Below are positions 50,896-62,951 of a stretch of DNA of 64,000 nucleotides, in pieces. The stretch's first letter is position 1. Every line of letters starts with the position of its first letter. The stretch comes from Chthonomonadales bacterium (GTDB lineage Bacteria > Armatimonadota > Chthonomonadetes > Chthonomonadales > CAJBBX01). Under the pieces are notes generated by a model. It did not search any database, was not told the origin of the DNA, and saw nothing but the letters and a program-made list of their open reading frames with translations. The translations under genes were made by a program, and so were the position numbers. The stretch lies in assembly GCA_037443035.1 (NCBI GenBank), contig JBBIPC010000001.1:288001-352000 (forward strand). Reading direction: 5' to 3'.

Positions 50896-51392
50896 CGCCT
50901 TCGTTTCCCTTTATGCAGGGAGACCGCTGCGCTGGCAGGAAGAAGCATCTCGAGAACTCCGTTGCCAGGCCCCAGCTTGCCAGCCTTCACTACAGCACAT
51001 GCCGCCTTTCCCATGTGAATCGTCCCACCACCGACCAACTGCCGGATCGTCTCGCTCAGCGTTGGCTCATGCCCGACGAGCATGACTCGCCGCGCCTCGC
51101 TCTCGCTTGGAAGGAGTCGCTGCAGCGCGTCAATGCCGAAACCATGGGCCAGCTCCGAAGCAATGCGCAGACGCTCGCGCGTCCCCAACGCCTTGGCCAC
51201 GATCTCAGCGGTCTGTCTGGCTCGCACAAGGGGGCTACTGAGTATGGCGTCCAAGCGTAAGTCGAGGCCTGCTAGACACGCGGCTACGACCTCCACTTCG
51301 CGGATGCCTTCTGGGGTCAGGCGTCGGTCCGCGTCCAGGCCGCTCGGCGCGACGTCTTCCGCGACGCCGTGACGAACGAAGAACAGTCTCAT
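50892..51392 (-). CDS. sixA: Phosphohistidine phosphatase SixA
   Basis: VRHGVA, D..R.LT..G, SSPLVRARQTA, LVGHEP. Confidence 0.88.
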   Translation of the reverse strand: MRLFFVRHGVAEDVAPSGLDADRRLTPEGIREVEVVAACLAGLDLRLDAILSSPLVRARQTAEIVAKALGTRERLRIASELAHGFGIDALQRLLPSESEARRVMLVGHEPTLSETIRQLVGGGTIHMGKAACAVVKAGKLGPGNGVLEMLLPASAAVSLHKGKRRR

Positions 51393-51405
51393 TGTATTCT
51401 CCTGG

Positions 51406-52122
51406 CTAGTCAATGCCCAATACCTCACGCTGCAGCTTCAGCAGGTGGTGAATACCCGCATGCGCCAGGTCGAGAAGGCGGTTCAGCGTGGCCCGATCGA
51501 ACGGCTCTCCCTCCGCCGTGCCCTGCACTTCCACGAAGCGCCCCTTGTCCGTCATGACAACGTTCATGTCCACTGCCGCCTGACGGTCCTCCTCGTAGCA
51601 GAGGTCCAATGCCTCTTCACCATTTACGATGCCGACGCTGACCGCTGCCACCAGCCCGTCGATGGCACTCTTCTTCAGGAGCCGCTCGGTTCCCATCCAG
51701 CGGACGGCGTCCACGAGGGCTACACATGCGCCGGTTACCGAAGCCGTCCTGGTGCCGCCGTCGGCCGAAATGACATCGCAGTCCAATGTAATCGTCCGCT
51801 CCCCAAGCGCATCCATGTCCACAATGGCACGTAGGCTCCGGCCGACCATGCGCTGGATCTCCATCGTACGACCACCCGGACCACGCGTTTCTCGCGGCGT
51901 TCGCTCGGCGGTTGCACGTGGCATCATGGCATATTCGGCGGTTACCCACCCCTTGCCAGTACCTTTCAGAAATGGCGGAACCCGATCCTCCACGGATGCT
52001 GCGCAGATAATCCGGGTATTCCCTACAGATATGAGACACGAGCCTTCGGCGTGAGGCAGATAGCCCCGCTCCAGCCTAACTGCGCGCATCTGATTGCGCT
52101 CGCGTCCATCGATTCGTGGCAT
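51406..52122 (-). CDS. rph: Ribonuclease PH
   Basis: [47 protein letters not shown]. Confidence 0.97.
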   Translation of the reverse strand: MPRIDGRERNQMRAVRLERGYLPHAEGSCLISVGNTRIICAASVEDRVPPFLKGTGKGWVTAEYAMMPRATAERTPRETRGPGGRTMEIQRMVGRSLRAIVDMDALGERTITLDCDVISADGGTRTASVTGACVALVDAVRWMGTERLLKKSAIDGLVAAVSVGIVNGEEALDLCYEEDRQAAVDMNVVMTDKGRFVEVQGTAEGEPFDRATLNRLLDLAHAGIHHLLKLQREVLGID

Positions 52123-52157
52123 CTCTCTGTCCTCCCTGGCCGAGTGGCTACCAAACT

Positions 52158-54860
52158 CTAGTCCGTGCGGTCGGTGCCATTCATGAGACTTCTCATCTGG
52201 CGCAGACGCTCGTTGAGACGCGTTCGATTCGATAGATGCTCCGCGAGATTCTGCCTTTCCTTCTCTACCACAGCGGCGGGCGCCCGCTCGACGAAGCTCG
52301 GGTTGCCAAGTCGTTGCTCTGAACGTGTGATCTCTGCTTCGACCGACGTCAATGCCTTCTCGAGACGGGCGATTTCTGCAGAAAGGTCGAGGCTGGACCC
52401 GATATCCACGTACACATCGGTCTCCCCAACGTTGAACGCGGCCCAACGTCCTTGTTCAGATGGTCGTTCGGCTCCGATAACCAGCTCGCGAACTCGCGCA
52501 AGGGCGCTGACGACTGCCTGGTTGTCTCCAACCACCAGACCGTCTTCACGTGAACCCGGACGCACATGAACCCGCACCCTGTCCGCTGCAGGCACACCCA
52601 ACTCAGCGCGAGTGTTCCGAATGCCCCGGACAACTCCCATGAGCAGCTCCATTCTGCGCTCAGCGGTTTCGTTCACCCGCGCTGGGTCGGAGCTGGGGTA
52701 CGTGGCCACCATAATGCTCCGGTGCGGTGCGTTGCTGGCCACCGTCTTGCGGAAGGCCTCCCAGATCTCTTCGGTGATGTGGGGAATGAACGGATGCAGC
52801 AGCCGCAGAATCCGGTCCAGTACATGCGCCAGGACTACGCCCGTAACAGTTGCACCTTCTCGTAGTCGTGGCTTGGATGCCTCCACGTACCAGTCGCAGA
52901 ACTCGTCCCATACGAAGCTGTAGAGAGCGCGCATGGCGTCGTCCATGTCGTACCCTCCGAGAGCACCATCCACGATGGTTATACTGCGTTGCAGCCGCGA
53001 CAGGATCCACCGATCACACAAGCCCAGGCGGCTATCCTCCGGCAACACGACTCCGTCGGTTTCCGACCACTCGATGCGATGGCCAATCTGCTCCAGTACA
53101 CCCAGGACGTATCGTGAGGCATTCCATAGCTTGTTGTTGAACGTACCTGCGAGACGCACCCTGTCCTCACCGAAGCGGATGTCCTGGTTCTTCCCCGCCT
53201 GCTGCAGTAATGACAGCCGCAGAGCGTCGGCGCCGTACTTCTCGATCATTTCCAGCGGGTCAATGCCGTTGCCCTTGCTCTTCGACATGCGCTCGCCCTT
53301 GGAATCGAGTACCGTGGCGTGGATGTAGACATCTCGGAACGGCACCTCGCCAAGGAAGTCGAGACCTGTCATGACCATGCGCGCCACCCATAGGTAGAGA
53401 ATCTCCTGAGCGGTGGTGAGCAGGTTCGTCGGATACCAGAAGGCCAGCTCCTCTGTCTGTCGAGGCCAGCCGAGTATGGCATGCGGCCATAGTGCTGACG
53501 AGAACCACGTATCGAGCACGTCCTCGTCTTGCCGGAGCTGGTCCGGGGGCACGCCCAGCCGACGTGCGGCTTCGTCCGCATTGCGGCCGGCTTCGTACCG
53601 CCCGTCCTTGGTCCACCAAACAGGTATGCGATGCCCCCACCAGAGTTGCCGTGAGATGCACCAGTCGCGAATGTTCCTGAGCCAGTCGAGGTAGACTCGC
53701 GCGTATCGCTCGGGGAAGAAGCGGATACGACCATCTTCGACAGCTTTCGCCGCAGGTTGGGCTAGTTCCGTTTGACGGACGAACCACTGCTCCGAGAGGA
53801 GCGGTTCCAGCACCGTCTTGCACCGGTCACAGAGCGGCGTTTTCACGATATAGGGCTCAGTTCTCTCCAGAAGCCCAAGCGCTCCCAGATCTTCGAGCAC
53901 TCGTGTTCGGCAATCGTCTCTCTCCAACCCGGCATACCGAGGTCCGGCATCCGCCGTCATCCGTCCGTCGTCGCCAATGACCTTGACCTGCGGCAGACTG
54001 TGCCGAACACCTATTTCGAAGTCGTCGAGATCGTGGGCCGGCGTCACCTTCACCGCACCGGTGCCGAAGTCCATACGCGCGAACTCATCGGTCACGATGG
54101 GGATCACCCGCTCGGTAAGCGGCAATCGCACCTTCGCTCCATGTAGGTGCGTATAACGAGTGTCAGCAGGATTCACAGCCACCGCGGTGTCGCCGAGCAT
54201 GGTCTCCGGCCGGGTCGTAGCGACCACGACGGATCCGTCCCTATCTGCAAGAGGATAGCGTACATAGTAGAGGGCTCCCTGACGATCCTCGGAGTTCACC
54301 TCGATGTCAGAGATAGCCGACGAACAGCGCGGGCACCAGTTGACGACCCTCGTACCACGGTAGATGAGACCTCGGTCCCACCATCGGAGGAACTCTTCGT
54401 AGATCGCCTCGACGTATGGCTCGTCCAGCGTGAAGCGTGCACGCGACCAGTCGTACGAACAGCCCATCCGCTGCAACTGGAGATAAATACGATTGCCGTA
54501 CTGCTCACGCCACTCCCAGCACCGCTGTACGAACGCTTCTCTGCCGAGATCGTGGCGTGTCAACCCCTCTTTGGCAAGCTCTCGCTCTACGACGGCTTGC
54601 GTCGCGATGCCGGCATGGTCGGTACCAGGGAGACAGACGGTGTTATCGCCGACCATACGACGCCAACGTATGATGCAATCCATGATGGCATTATTGAGTG
54701 CGTGGCCAATGTGTAGACTGCCCGTGATGTTCGGCGGAGGGATGGTGATGCAGTACGGCCGGCCGGTTCCGGGTGTAGCACCGAACAAGCCAGCCTCCAT
54801 CCAGGTTCGATAGCGTCGTTGTTCGACCACTGCCGGATCATAAGCCCTTGGCAAGTCCAT
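52158..54860 (-). CDS. valS: Valine--tRNA ligase
   Basis: [40 protein letters not shown]-terminal coiled coil; GGAGG SD. Confidence 0.98.
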   Translation of the reverse strand: MDLPRAYDPAVVEQRRYRTWMEAGLFGATPGTGRPYCITIPPPNITGSLHIGHALNNAIMDCIIRWRRMVGDNTVCLPGTDHAGIATQAVVERELAKEGLTRHDLGREAFVQRCWEWREQYGNRIYLQLQRMGCSYDWSRARFTLDEPYVEAIYEEFLRWWDRGLIYRGTRVVNWCPRCSSAISDIEVNSEDRQGALYYVRYPLADRDGSVVVATTRPETMLGDTAVAVNPADTRYTHLHGAKVRLPLTERVIPIVTDEFARMDFGTGAVKVTPAHDLDDFEIGVRHSLPQVKVIGDDGRMTADAGPRYAGLERDDCRTRVLEDLGALGLLERTEPYIVKTPLCDRCKTVLEPLLSEQWFVRQTELAQPAAKAVEDGRIRFFPERYARVYLDWLRNIRDWCISRQLWWGHRIPVWWTKDGRYEAGRNADEAARRLGVPPDQLRQDEDVLDTWFSSALWPHAILGWPRQTEELAFWYPTNLLTTAQEILYLWVARMVMTGLDFLGEVPFRDVYIHATVLDSKGERMSKSKGNGIDPLEMIEKYGADALRLSLLQQAGKNQDIRFGEDRVRLAGTFNNKLWNASRYVLGVLEQIGHRIEWSETDGVVLPEDSRLGLCDRWILSRLQRSITIVDGALGGYDMDDAMRALYSFVWDEFCDWYVEASKPRLREGATVTGVVLAHVLDRILRLLHPFIPHITEEIWEAFRKTVASNAPHRSIMVATYPSSDPARVNETAERRMELLMGVVRGIRNTRAELGVPAADRVRVHVRPGSREDGLVVGDNQAVVSALARVRELVIGAERPSEQGRWAAFNVGETDVYVDIGSSLDLSAEIARLEKALTSVEAEITRSEQRLGNPSFVERAPAAVVEKERQNLAEHLSNRTRLNERLRQMRSLMNGTDRTD

Positions 54861-54894
54861 CTTCCTACCTCCTCGTGCCGGGTTGCTCGACCGA

Positions 54895-55135
54895 AAACGA
54901 AAACGCCTGCGTCTCGAAGGACGCAGGCGCCTGCCCGCGCGGTACCACCCTCGTTCCCAGCCACTCGGGCCGGGCTCTCGGACGCTGTAACGGGCGCACC
55001 CGGCCACGCCTAAGGTAACACGTTCAGCGGGCGACTCCAGGGCGACGTTCGCACCACGTCCGTGTGGCGGCTTCCACCTAACCCGCCTTCTCTGGCACGT
55101 CCGAAGGAGCTACTCCTCCCCTTCAACGTCTTGTT
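54895..55135 (-). promoter_or_regulatory. Valine T-box riboswitch (transcription attenuation)
   Basis: Stem I with AGTA (55111-14), AGAGA, GGTGGAA distal loop and specifier GAAC-GTC (Val, 55044-46); T-box GAGGGTGGTACCGCG (54937-54951 region); terminator CGCCTGCGTC/GACGCAGGCG + TTTT. Confidence 0.93.
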
Positions 55136-55155
55136 CCCGAGCACTACTACAGCGC

Positions 55156-55185
55156 AGTATACCGGCGGCCTCTCCTTCTCGTCAA
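55156..55185 (-). promoter_or_regulatory. sigma70 promoter of the T-box/valS transcript
   Basis: TTGACG-N18-TATACT. Confidence 0.65.
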
Positions 55186-55203
55186 TCGCCACGAGCACGG
55201 CCA

Positions 55204-55212
55204 TGCTATAAT
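55204..55212 (+). promoter_or_regulatory. Extended -10 promoter for the aro operon
   Basis: TGCTATAAT about 20 nt upstream of the aroF GTG. Confidence 0.6.
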
Positions 55213-55231
55213 CCCCACAGAGGTTGCCAAA

Positions 55232-56254
55232 GTGATCATCGTCCTAAGTCCCCACGTAACCGAGAGCGAGGTCGAGGAAGTCAGCGACATCCTTCGGTCT
55301 CGCGGTCTCGGTGTTCATCTGTCCCGCGGGACGGAAACTACGATTATTGGGGCCATCGGTGCTCTGGACGAGGAGAAAGCGGAGCTTGCCAGTCAGCTCA
55401 TGGCGCTCCCATACGTGGACCGCGTCGTACCAATCTCGAAGCCGTACAAGGTAGTCGGAAAGGCGTTTCGCCCTGAAGGCACTGTCCTCCAAGTCCGAGG
55501 TGTTCCCATCGGTGGCAAGCGCATTTGCATCATGGCTGGCCCATGCACTGTGGAGTCCCGTGACATGTTGATCGCCACAGCTACGCATGTGAAGGCACAT
55601 GGCGCCCACGTCTTGCGCGGAGGCGCGTTCAAACCGTCAACGTCACCCTATAGCTTTCACGGTCTGGGCGAGGACGGCCTGAAGTTGCTGGCCGAAGCCA
55701 GGGACGTGACCGGCCTTCCCGTAATCACCGAGGTGATGGACCCGCGCGACGTAGAGCTGGTTGCCGCGTATGCAGACATTCTGCAGATCGGTACACGCAA
55801 CATGACGAACTTCAACCTCCTCCGGGAAGTCGGGGAAACGCGCATGCCGGTCATGCTCAAGCGAGGCTGGGCAAGCACACTCGAGGAGTGGCTTCAAGCC
55901 GCGGAGTACATAGCGTCCCGCGGAAACTACCAGATCATTCTCTGCGAGCGGGGAATCCGCACCTTCGAGACCTATACCCGTAACACGTTCGACATCAACG
56001 CCATTCCGGCCGTCAAGGAGCTCTCCCACTTGCCCATCATCGCTGATCCCGCCCATGGGACCGGGAGGCGGAGCCTTGTGCCTGCTATTGCTTGCGCCGC
56101 CGTGGCCGCTGGCGCTGATGGCGTTATGGTGGAAGTTCATCCGAGCCCGGAGAAAGCCCTCAAGGATGGCGCTCAGTCACTGACCTTCGCCTGTTTCGAG
56201 CGGATGATGCAATCGCTGCGGCCGGTCGCCCAGGCGCTTGGTCGCGAGTGGTAG
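55232..56254 (+). CDS. aroF: 3-deoxy-7-phosphoheptulonate (DAHP) synthase, type I-beta with N-terminal regulatory domain
   Basis: [52 protein letters not shown]; operon with tyrA-aroA. Confidence 0.92.
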   Translation: MIIVLSPHVTESEVEEVSDILRSRGLGVHLSRGTETTIIGAIGALDEEKAELASQLMALPYVDRVVPISKPYKVVGKAFRPEGTVLQVRGVPIGGKRICIMAGPCTVESRDMLIATATHVKAHGAHVLRGGAFKPSTSPYSFHGLGEDGLKLLAEARDVTGLPVITEVMDPRDVELVAAYADILQIGTRNMTNFNLLREVGETRMPVMLKRGWASTLEEWLQAAEYIASRGNYQIILCERGIRTFETYTRNTFDINAIPAVKELSHLPIIADPAHGTGRRSLVPAIACAAVAAGADGVMVEVHPSPEKALKDGAQSLTFACFERMMQSLRPVAQALGREW

Positions 56255-56331
56255 ACCAGCATCATAGGGGCCTCGATGTGGAACGCTCGTCCGCGCGGCA
56301 TGGTGCGTTGGCTGCAACCACCGATACTCAG

Positions 56332-57171
56332 ATGACCTACGGCATCATCGGTCTCGGACTCATCGGCACTTCGGTCGGCATGGCTATCTCCCAGGCGGAT
56401 CCCCTGGCTACGGTACGGGGCTACGACTGCTCTCGCGACGCCATGGTCTGTGCTGCCGAGCGTGGCGCTGTCAAAGTAGTATGCGACACGGCGTCCGAGG
56501 CGGTTCGTGGCACTGACCTTGTCATCCTGGCGGTACCGCAGCCAGAGTACCACGCAACGCTCGATGCCATCGTTCCAACGCTTCCAGAGACTGCCGTGGT
56601 GACTGATGTTGCGAGCTGCAAGCGAGACATCGTGGAGATCTGTGAGAACGCGATAGGTTCCCGCTTCGTGGGCGGCCATCCCGTCGCAGGATCCGAGCGC
56701 CGGGGAGCTGAAGCCGCGTCGCTCGGTCTCTTCATAGGTGCGCCTTGGGTGGTTACACCGACCGCTACCACGGAAGACAAGGCCGTGCAGACGGTGCTGC
56801 AACTTGTGCGCATGCTAGGGGCCAGGCCCGTGATCCTCTCCCCGTGCGAGCACGATCGCATCATGGCATACGTCAGTCACCTACCGCACGTCTTAGCGTT
56901 CGTTCTGGCATCGGTTGCTCTGGACTCCGTCGGTCCCCTTGGGCCTCGCTGCGCCGGAGGTAGCTTTCGCGATGCCACGCGCGTCGCTCGCTCGGAACCG
57001 GAGTTCTGGGCCGATATCTTGCTCCGCAACGCGGATTTCCTGGCGGAGGCTACGCTGGCTCTCGGTGATCGGCTGAACGAGGTATCGGCTGCAATTCGTG
57101 CTCGCGACCGTTCGCAGTTGCTGCAGATACTGCGCCGCGGACATCTGCCCGTCTCCCAAAGGCAATCATGA
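56332..57171 (+). CDS. tyrA: Prephenate/arogenate dehydrogenase
   Basis: GLGLIG, TDVASCK, GGHPVAGSE, HD...AYVSHLPH, FRDATRVA. Confidence 0.92.
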   Translation: MTYGIIGLGLIGTSVGMAISQADPLATVRGYDCSRDAMVCAAERGAVKVVCDTASEAVRGTDLVILAVPQPEYHATLDAIVPTLPETAVVTDVASCKRDIVEICENAIGSRFVGGHPVAGSERRGAEAASLGLFIGAPWVVTPTATTEDKAVQTVLQLVRMLGARPVILSPCEHDRIMAYVSHLPHVLAFVLASVALDSVGPLGPRCAGGSFRDATRVARSEPEFWADILLRNADFLAEATLALGDRLNEVSAAIRARDRSQLLQILRRGHLPVSQRQS

Positions 57172-58463
57172 GGGATCCGCTACCGATCACTCCGGTTCAG
57201 AGAGCTGTCAGCGGAGTACCCCGTCTGCCCGGCAGCAAGTCCATCACGAATCGCGCGCTGGTGCTTGCCGCAATGGCGACAGGGACGTCCAAGCTGGAGG
57301 GCGCGTGTATCTCCGAGGACACGCTGCTCATGGTGGAGGCGCTCCACTCGCTCGGCTTGCGCGTGGTCGTCAACCAGACAGAACAAGCGATGGAAGTCGA
57401 GGGCTGCGCGGGCCGCATACCCGCAGACCACGCGGAAATCCACGTGGGCAACGCCGGCACGGTAGCTAGGTTCCTCACAGCGACCCTCTGCATAGGGCAC
57501 GGCAGCTACCGGCTGGACGGCACCGAACGCATGCGTGAACGCCCCATCGGGCCGCTTGCGGAAGCTCTGCAGTCGCTTGGGGCGGAGGTCACCTACCTCG
57601 ACGCAGCAGGTCACCTGCCCATTCGCATCGTTGCGTCCGGTCTGCCCGGCGGCTTTGTCAGGATCTCGACCGCTGAGAGTAGCCAGTTCTTGAGCGCGCT
57701 CCTGCTTGCCGCGCCGTTCGCTCGGAAGACCATGGTTCTTGCCACTGAGAGCAGCATCCCATCTCGGCCATACGTGGACATGACCATTCGCATGATGGAG
57801 AGATGGTCCCTCGCTGTCCAGATGCGCGAGGACGCTACGGGTATCGAGTTTGCAGTGCCTGCACCACAGACGCTGATGGCCAGGTCTTACACAATCGAGC
57901 CTGATGCTTCGGCCGCCTCCTATTTCATGGCGGCGGCGGCCCTGACCGGCGGTACGGTCCGCATACCTGGCTTAGGGATGCAGAGTCTCCAGGGAGACGT
58001 CCAGTTCGCCGATGTCCTTCGAGCCATGGGCGCGGAAGTCGTCATGGACGACGAGGCCGTGACCGTATACGGTGGCGCCCCCCTGCGCGGGGTGGATGTG
58101 GACATGAACGGCATTTCCGATACGGTCATGACGCTGGCAGCCCTTGCTCCGTTTGCCAGTAGCCCAACTCGGATCCGCAATGTTGCCCATATCCGCCTCA
58201 AGGAATGTGACCGCATCGAAGCGATGGCGACTGAACTCCGGCGTCTGCGTGTGGAGGTACGAACGCATGACGACGGCCTTACGATCTATCCCGCTCGCCC
58301 TAGGGGGGCAGTCCTGGATACCTACGACGATCATCGGATGGCAATGAGCCTATCCCTGATCGGTCTACGCGTGCCAGGGGTCGCCATCCGCAACCCTTCG
58401 TGCACTGCGAAGACGTTCCCGCGTTACTTCGACGAGCTCGAGCGACTCTGCGGGGAAGGCTGA
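57168..58463 (+). CDS. aroA: 3-phosphoshikimate 1-carboxyvinyltransferase (EPSP synthase)
   Basis: LPGSKSITNRAL, GNAGT..RF, SSQFLSALL, R.KECDRI, DDHRMAM. Confidence 0.97.
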   Translation: MRDPLPITPVQRAVSGVPRLPGSKSITNRALVLAAMATGTSKLEGACISEDTLLMVEALHSLGLRVVVNQTEQAMEVEGCAGRIPADHAEIHVGNAGTVARFLTATLCIGHGSYRLDGTERMRERPIGPLAEALQSLGAEVTYLDAAGHLPIRIVASGLPGGFVRISTAESSQFLSALLLAAPFARKTMVLATESSIPSRPYVDMTIRMMERWSLAVQMREDATGIEFAVPAPQTLMARSYTIEPDASAASYFMAAAALTGGTVRIPGLGMQSLQGDVQFADVLRAMGAEVVMDDEAVTVYGGAPLRGVDVDMNGISDTVMTLAALAPFASSPTRIRNVAHIRLKECDRIEAMATELRRLRVEVRTHDDGLTIYPARPRGAVLDTYDDHRMAMSLSLIGLRVPGVAIRNPSCTAKTFPRYFDELERLCGEG

Positions 58464-58482
58464 CACTACAGAGTCGCCGCTG

Positions 58483-59595
58483 TTACAGTCCGTGGTACAT
58501 GAAGACCCGTTCTTTCAACTCGGCGACGGTCTGGCGCGCGTAGGAACGCGCATGTTCGCGGTCATGTGGAGCAATGGGCGGGTCCTCTTCGTCCCTCAGG
58601 AACGGTACTCGGTCGTGGTCGGAGAAGGTCACAGGGGTCTCGTTCGCCAAGGGGATGCCGAAAAGCCTCGAGAAGGCCAGCGCCCACATGCGTGGGACGG
58701 TTGTCAGGTTGTAGCCACCTCCACCCAGTGCGACGATCGGTATGCTCAGTGACACCACGTCCTCTATCGCCCGCGCCCATCCTTGAGCCGTCAAACACAA
58801 GCGCGCCAGCGGGTCGAGGTAGTGAGGGTCGGCACCGCATTCGAGGCACACTGCTTCCGGTCTGAACGACTGTATGATGGGCCAAGCGCCTTCCCTCCAG
58901 GCCCAGTACCACGTTTCGTCGTCGGTATAAGGCCAGAGCGGAACGTTGACGCTGTAGCCCATTCCCTTCCCGACCCCCATCTCCCGGACGAAGCCTGAGC
59001 CAGGAAACAGCGTCTGACCAGTCTCGTGAATAGAGACAGTCAGCACATGCGGATCATCGTAGAAGGCTTCCTGCACGCCGTCCCCGTGATGCACGTCAAT
59101 GTCCACGTAGAGCACGCGCTCGAATCTCTCGCGCAACTGGTGGATCGCCACGACACAGTCATTGAACACACAGAAGCCCGCTGCACGATCGCGATGCGCA
59201 TGGTGCAGACCGCCCGAGATGTTCATGGCCACCTGGGCTTCGCCACTCACGACAATCTTCGCAGTCTCCAGCGATGCTCCCGTGTACAGCAGTGACGAGT
59301 CCCACATGTCCGGGAAGACGGGATTGTCGCCATAGCCGAATCCGTAGCGAAACGGGAAGGGCACGTGCTCGCCCGCACTGAGGCGGTCCACCGTCTCGAT
59401 GTATTCAGCGGAATGTGCTTTGCTCAGCACATCTAGCGGACAGGGATGCGGTGCGCGTACTTCGACACTTTCGAAGGCACGATACGCTTGTAGCAGCTCG
59501 AACGTGCGCGCAAGACGGATCGGGCGGAGAGGATGCTGGGGTCCAAGATCGTAGCGGAGGAACTGCTCGGTGTAGAAGAAAACGCCTTTGCTCAT
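58483..59595 (-). CDS. acuC: Zn-dependent deacetylase, AcuC/HDAC class I-like
   Basis: HPLRPIR, GYGDNP, GGLHHA...GFC, DIDVHHGDG, GAD...DPL, GGGGY. Confidence 0.88.
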   Translation of the reverse strand: MSKGVFFYTEQFLRYDLGPQHPLRPIRLARTFELLQAYRAFESVEVRAPHPCPLDVLSKAHSAEYIETVDRLSAGEHVPFPFRYGFGYGDNPVFPDMWDSSLLYTGASLETAKIVVSGEAQVAMNISGGLHHAHRDRAAGFCVFNDCVVAIHQLRERFERVLYVDIDVHHGDGVQEAFYDDPHVLTVSIHETGQTLFPGSGFVREMGVGKGMGYSVNVPLWPYTDDETWYWAWREGAWPIIQSFRPEAVCLECGADPHYLDPLARLCLTAQGWARAIEDVVSLSIPIVALGGGGYNLTTVPRMWALAFSRLFGIPLANETPVTFSDHDRVPFLRDEEDPPIAPHDREHARSYARQTVAELKERVFMYHGL

Positions 59596-59698
59596 GTGCA
59601 TTCCAGAGGGCTTGTTGCCTAACAACCTATTCTACACTCCAAGGCCACTCCGCAGGATACTCGCCTTCTGCCAAACGGACACGAACGCGGTACAATAG

Positions 59699-61018
<1,320 letters not shown>

Positions 61019-61192
61019 CTCCAGGACTCCTCACTTGCGGTAGCCCGATGATCAGTCGTGGGGCTGTGACACGAATCTCGCGCGCGGGAAGGGCTCGACC
61101 CGCAGAGGTGGGTTGCGTGTCCGTGGGCGGGCCATTCATCACCCGTGTGGGTGTGCATTACTTGCCCGCGCCGATTACCGTGCACCGATCGC

Positions 61193-62917
61193 TCAGTCCG
61201 CGTCTCGGCTAACGCCGTGCTGCAACGGTTCGACGTCCACAGTCGTTGCGTTCCTGTACAAGACTCTGCCAGGCGCAGCTCCGCGAGGCCGTCGCACGTA
61301 CTTGCGAAGCGTGTAGTCCACAGGAACATACGCTGAATGCTTGGCCGCACTGTGTCGTGCTGCCAGACCAGCAGCTAGGCGAATGACGCGCGGCGGCACA
61401 CGGTCAGGATGACCGTTCGTGCGCACGAGAACGTGCGCACTCGTGCCGGCCCGGACATGAAACCAGAGGTCGTCCGGCGCAGCAAGCTTCAGCAACCGGT
61501 CATTTCCCTCTGCATTCTGTCCGACCCATACTTCCCAGCCATCTTCTAGGTCCACGACCCGGATACCCTTCAGCAGTTGCCGACGCTCCAAACTGGGCTG
61601 TGCCGCCGACCGGCGCACGTCTCGGATCAGTCCGAGATCCGCCAACTCGCGCCTGCGCTCCACGATGGCACCGGCTTCCGGTTCCGTCTCCAACCAACGG
61701 AGTTCCCCTTGGAGGCGCTCGATCTCATCGGTCAGCGACTGCTGCCGCGCGGCCAGCCGTTCCCGCGACCTGGTCAACTTCCTTGCACGGGCGTAATATG
61801 CTTCGGCGGATTCCTGCACGCCGAGACCTGGCATGAGTGCCACCGATACGGGAGTGCCATCGCCGTACAGGTCCGGTACCATGGCCACCCCCTCGGTCAT
61901 GTGTGCGCGTCCCGCTGCGGCAAGCAAGAGGTCGGCGCGACGCCTCAGTTCCGCCGCCTCGTCGGCTATGGCAAGGGCGCTCGTGACCTCCTGGTGTTGT
62001 TTCGTACGCGCTTCTAGGGCTTCCGTTACGAGCTGTGCCAGCTCCCGTCGCGTCCGCGCAATAGCTTCCCGGTCAGTCATCGCTACGCTGGCATCCGTCA
62101 GCGCAACGCTAACGCTTTCACGCGTTTCTTCGCACACTCCGTCGAGGTCTGCAACGCCGATTGGATAGGCGCCCAGTATCCGTCCAGACCCGTCGTGGGC
62201 AACTACAGGTGACCATTGTCGTCGCCTAGCCGCACCGAAAACGGCTTCCCAGGCGCGAGCCAACCCGTGCGATGCGGCGCGAACTGCAATGAGCCTCGCA
62301 AGGAACGGTGACATGCCTATGTACGTCTCCAGGAGTCGCCCAGCAAGTATCTCCTGATCCGTTCCGGCCAGCCCGTTCCGCTCGGGCTGATGCGAGCCGA
62401 ACGGATCCAAGTGTCCACGCGGGGGCGGTGGAGGCACGTACGCGGCCCCGGGGGTTACGACGCGGAACCGGCTCTGGCGCTTCGTAATCACCTTCGCAGC
62501 GGCAATGATGGCCGCGTCAGAGCTGCGGAGGATCACGTTGCTGTGCCTGCCCATGAACTCTGCCACCAGCGTCAAAGCGGTCTCGCCCGGAACAATGTCT
62601 AGCTCCAGAACACGGTCGAAGCCGATCTGCTTCGCAGCCACCAACACGGCTCCCTCCATGTGCTTTCGCAGCGCCATGCAGAAAGGCGATGGTGCAGGAA
62701 GGCTCCGCGGTCTGCTTGGGACCAGATGAACCCGGGCATGCACGGCGTCCCAACTGATGAGGAGATACCAGCTCCTCCGATCCCGGTAGATCTCTATCAC
62801 AAGTTCCGCCGCACTCGGCTGAACAATGCGCTGAATGCGTCCACCGACGATGCAATGGTGCAGCTCGTCCACTACTGCTCGAAGACACAAGCTGTCGAAC
62901 GGCACACGGAGGTCCAT
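61193..62917 (-). CDS. rqcH: NFACT-family ribosome quality control protein RqcH (Rqc2/FbpA homolog)
   Basis: GGRIQRI.QP, F.M.LRKH..G, FDR, EFMGRHSN, coiled coils, NFACT-R VG.NA..ND.L...DLWFH...HV, VDYT..KYV. Confidence 0.88.
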   Translation of the reverse strand: MDLRVPFDSLCLRAVVDELHHCIVGGRIQRIVQPSAAELVIEIYRDRRSWYLLISWDAVHARVHLVPSRPRSLPAPSPFCMALRKHMEGAVLVAAKQIGFDRVLELDIVPGETALTLVAEFMGRHSNVILRSSDAAIIAAAKVITKRQSRFRVVTPGAAYVPPPPPRGHLDPFGSHQPERNGLAGTDQEILAGRLLETYIGMSPFLARLIAVRAASHGLARAWEAVFGAARRRQWSPVVAHDGSGRILGAYPIGVADLDGVCEETRESVSVALTDASVAMTDREAIARTRRELAQLVTEALEARTKQHQEVTSALAIADEAAELRRRADLLLAAAGRAHMTEGVAMVPDLYGDGTPVSVALMPGLGVQESAEAYYARARKLTRSRERLAARQQSLTDEIERLQGELRWLETEPEAGAIVERRRELADLGLIRDVRRSAAQPSLERRQLLKGIRVVDLEDGWEVWVGQNAEGNDRLLKLAAPDDLWFHVRAGTSAHVLVRTNGHPDRVPPRVIRLAAGLAARHSAAKHSAYVPVDYTLRKYVRRPRGAAPGRVLYRNATTVDVEPLQHGVSRDAD

Positions 62918-62951
62918 GGACGCTGCCAGTAGGTACTTGGCGGCCCTTTAG

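Noticed and set aside
54861..55007. N-terminal extension of ValS, and ORF 55010-55204
   Set aside because: The region is the T-box leader; the real start is the ATG at 54860 with a GGAGG SD
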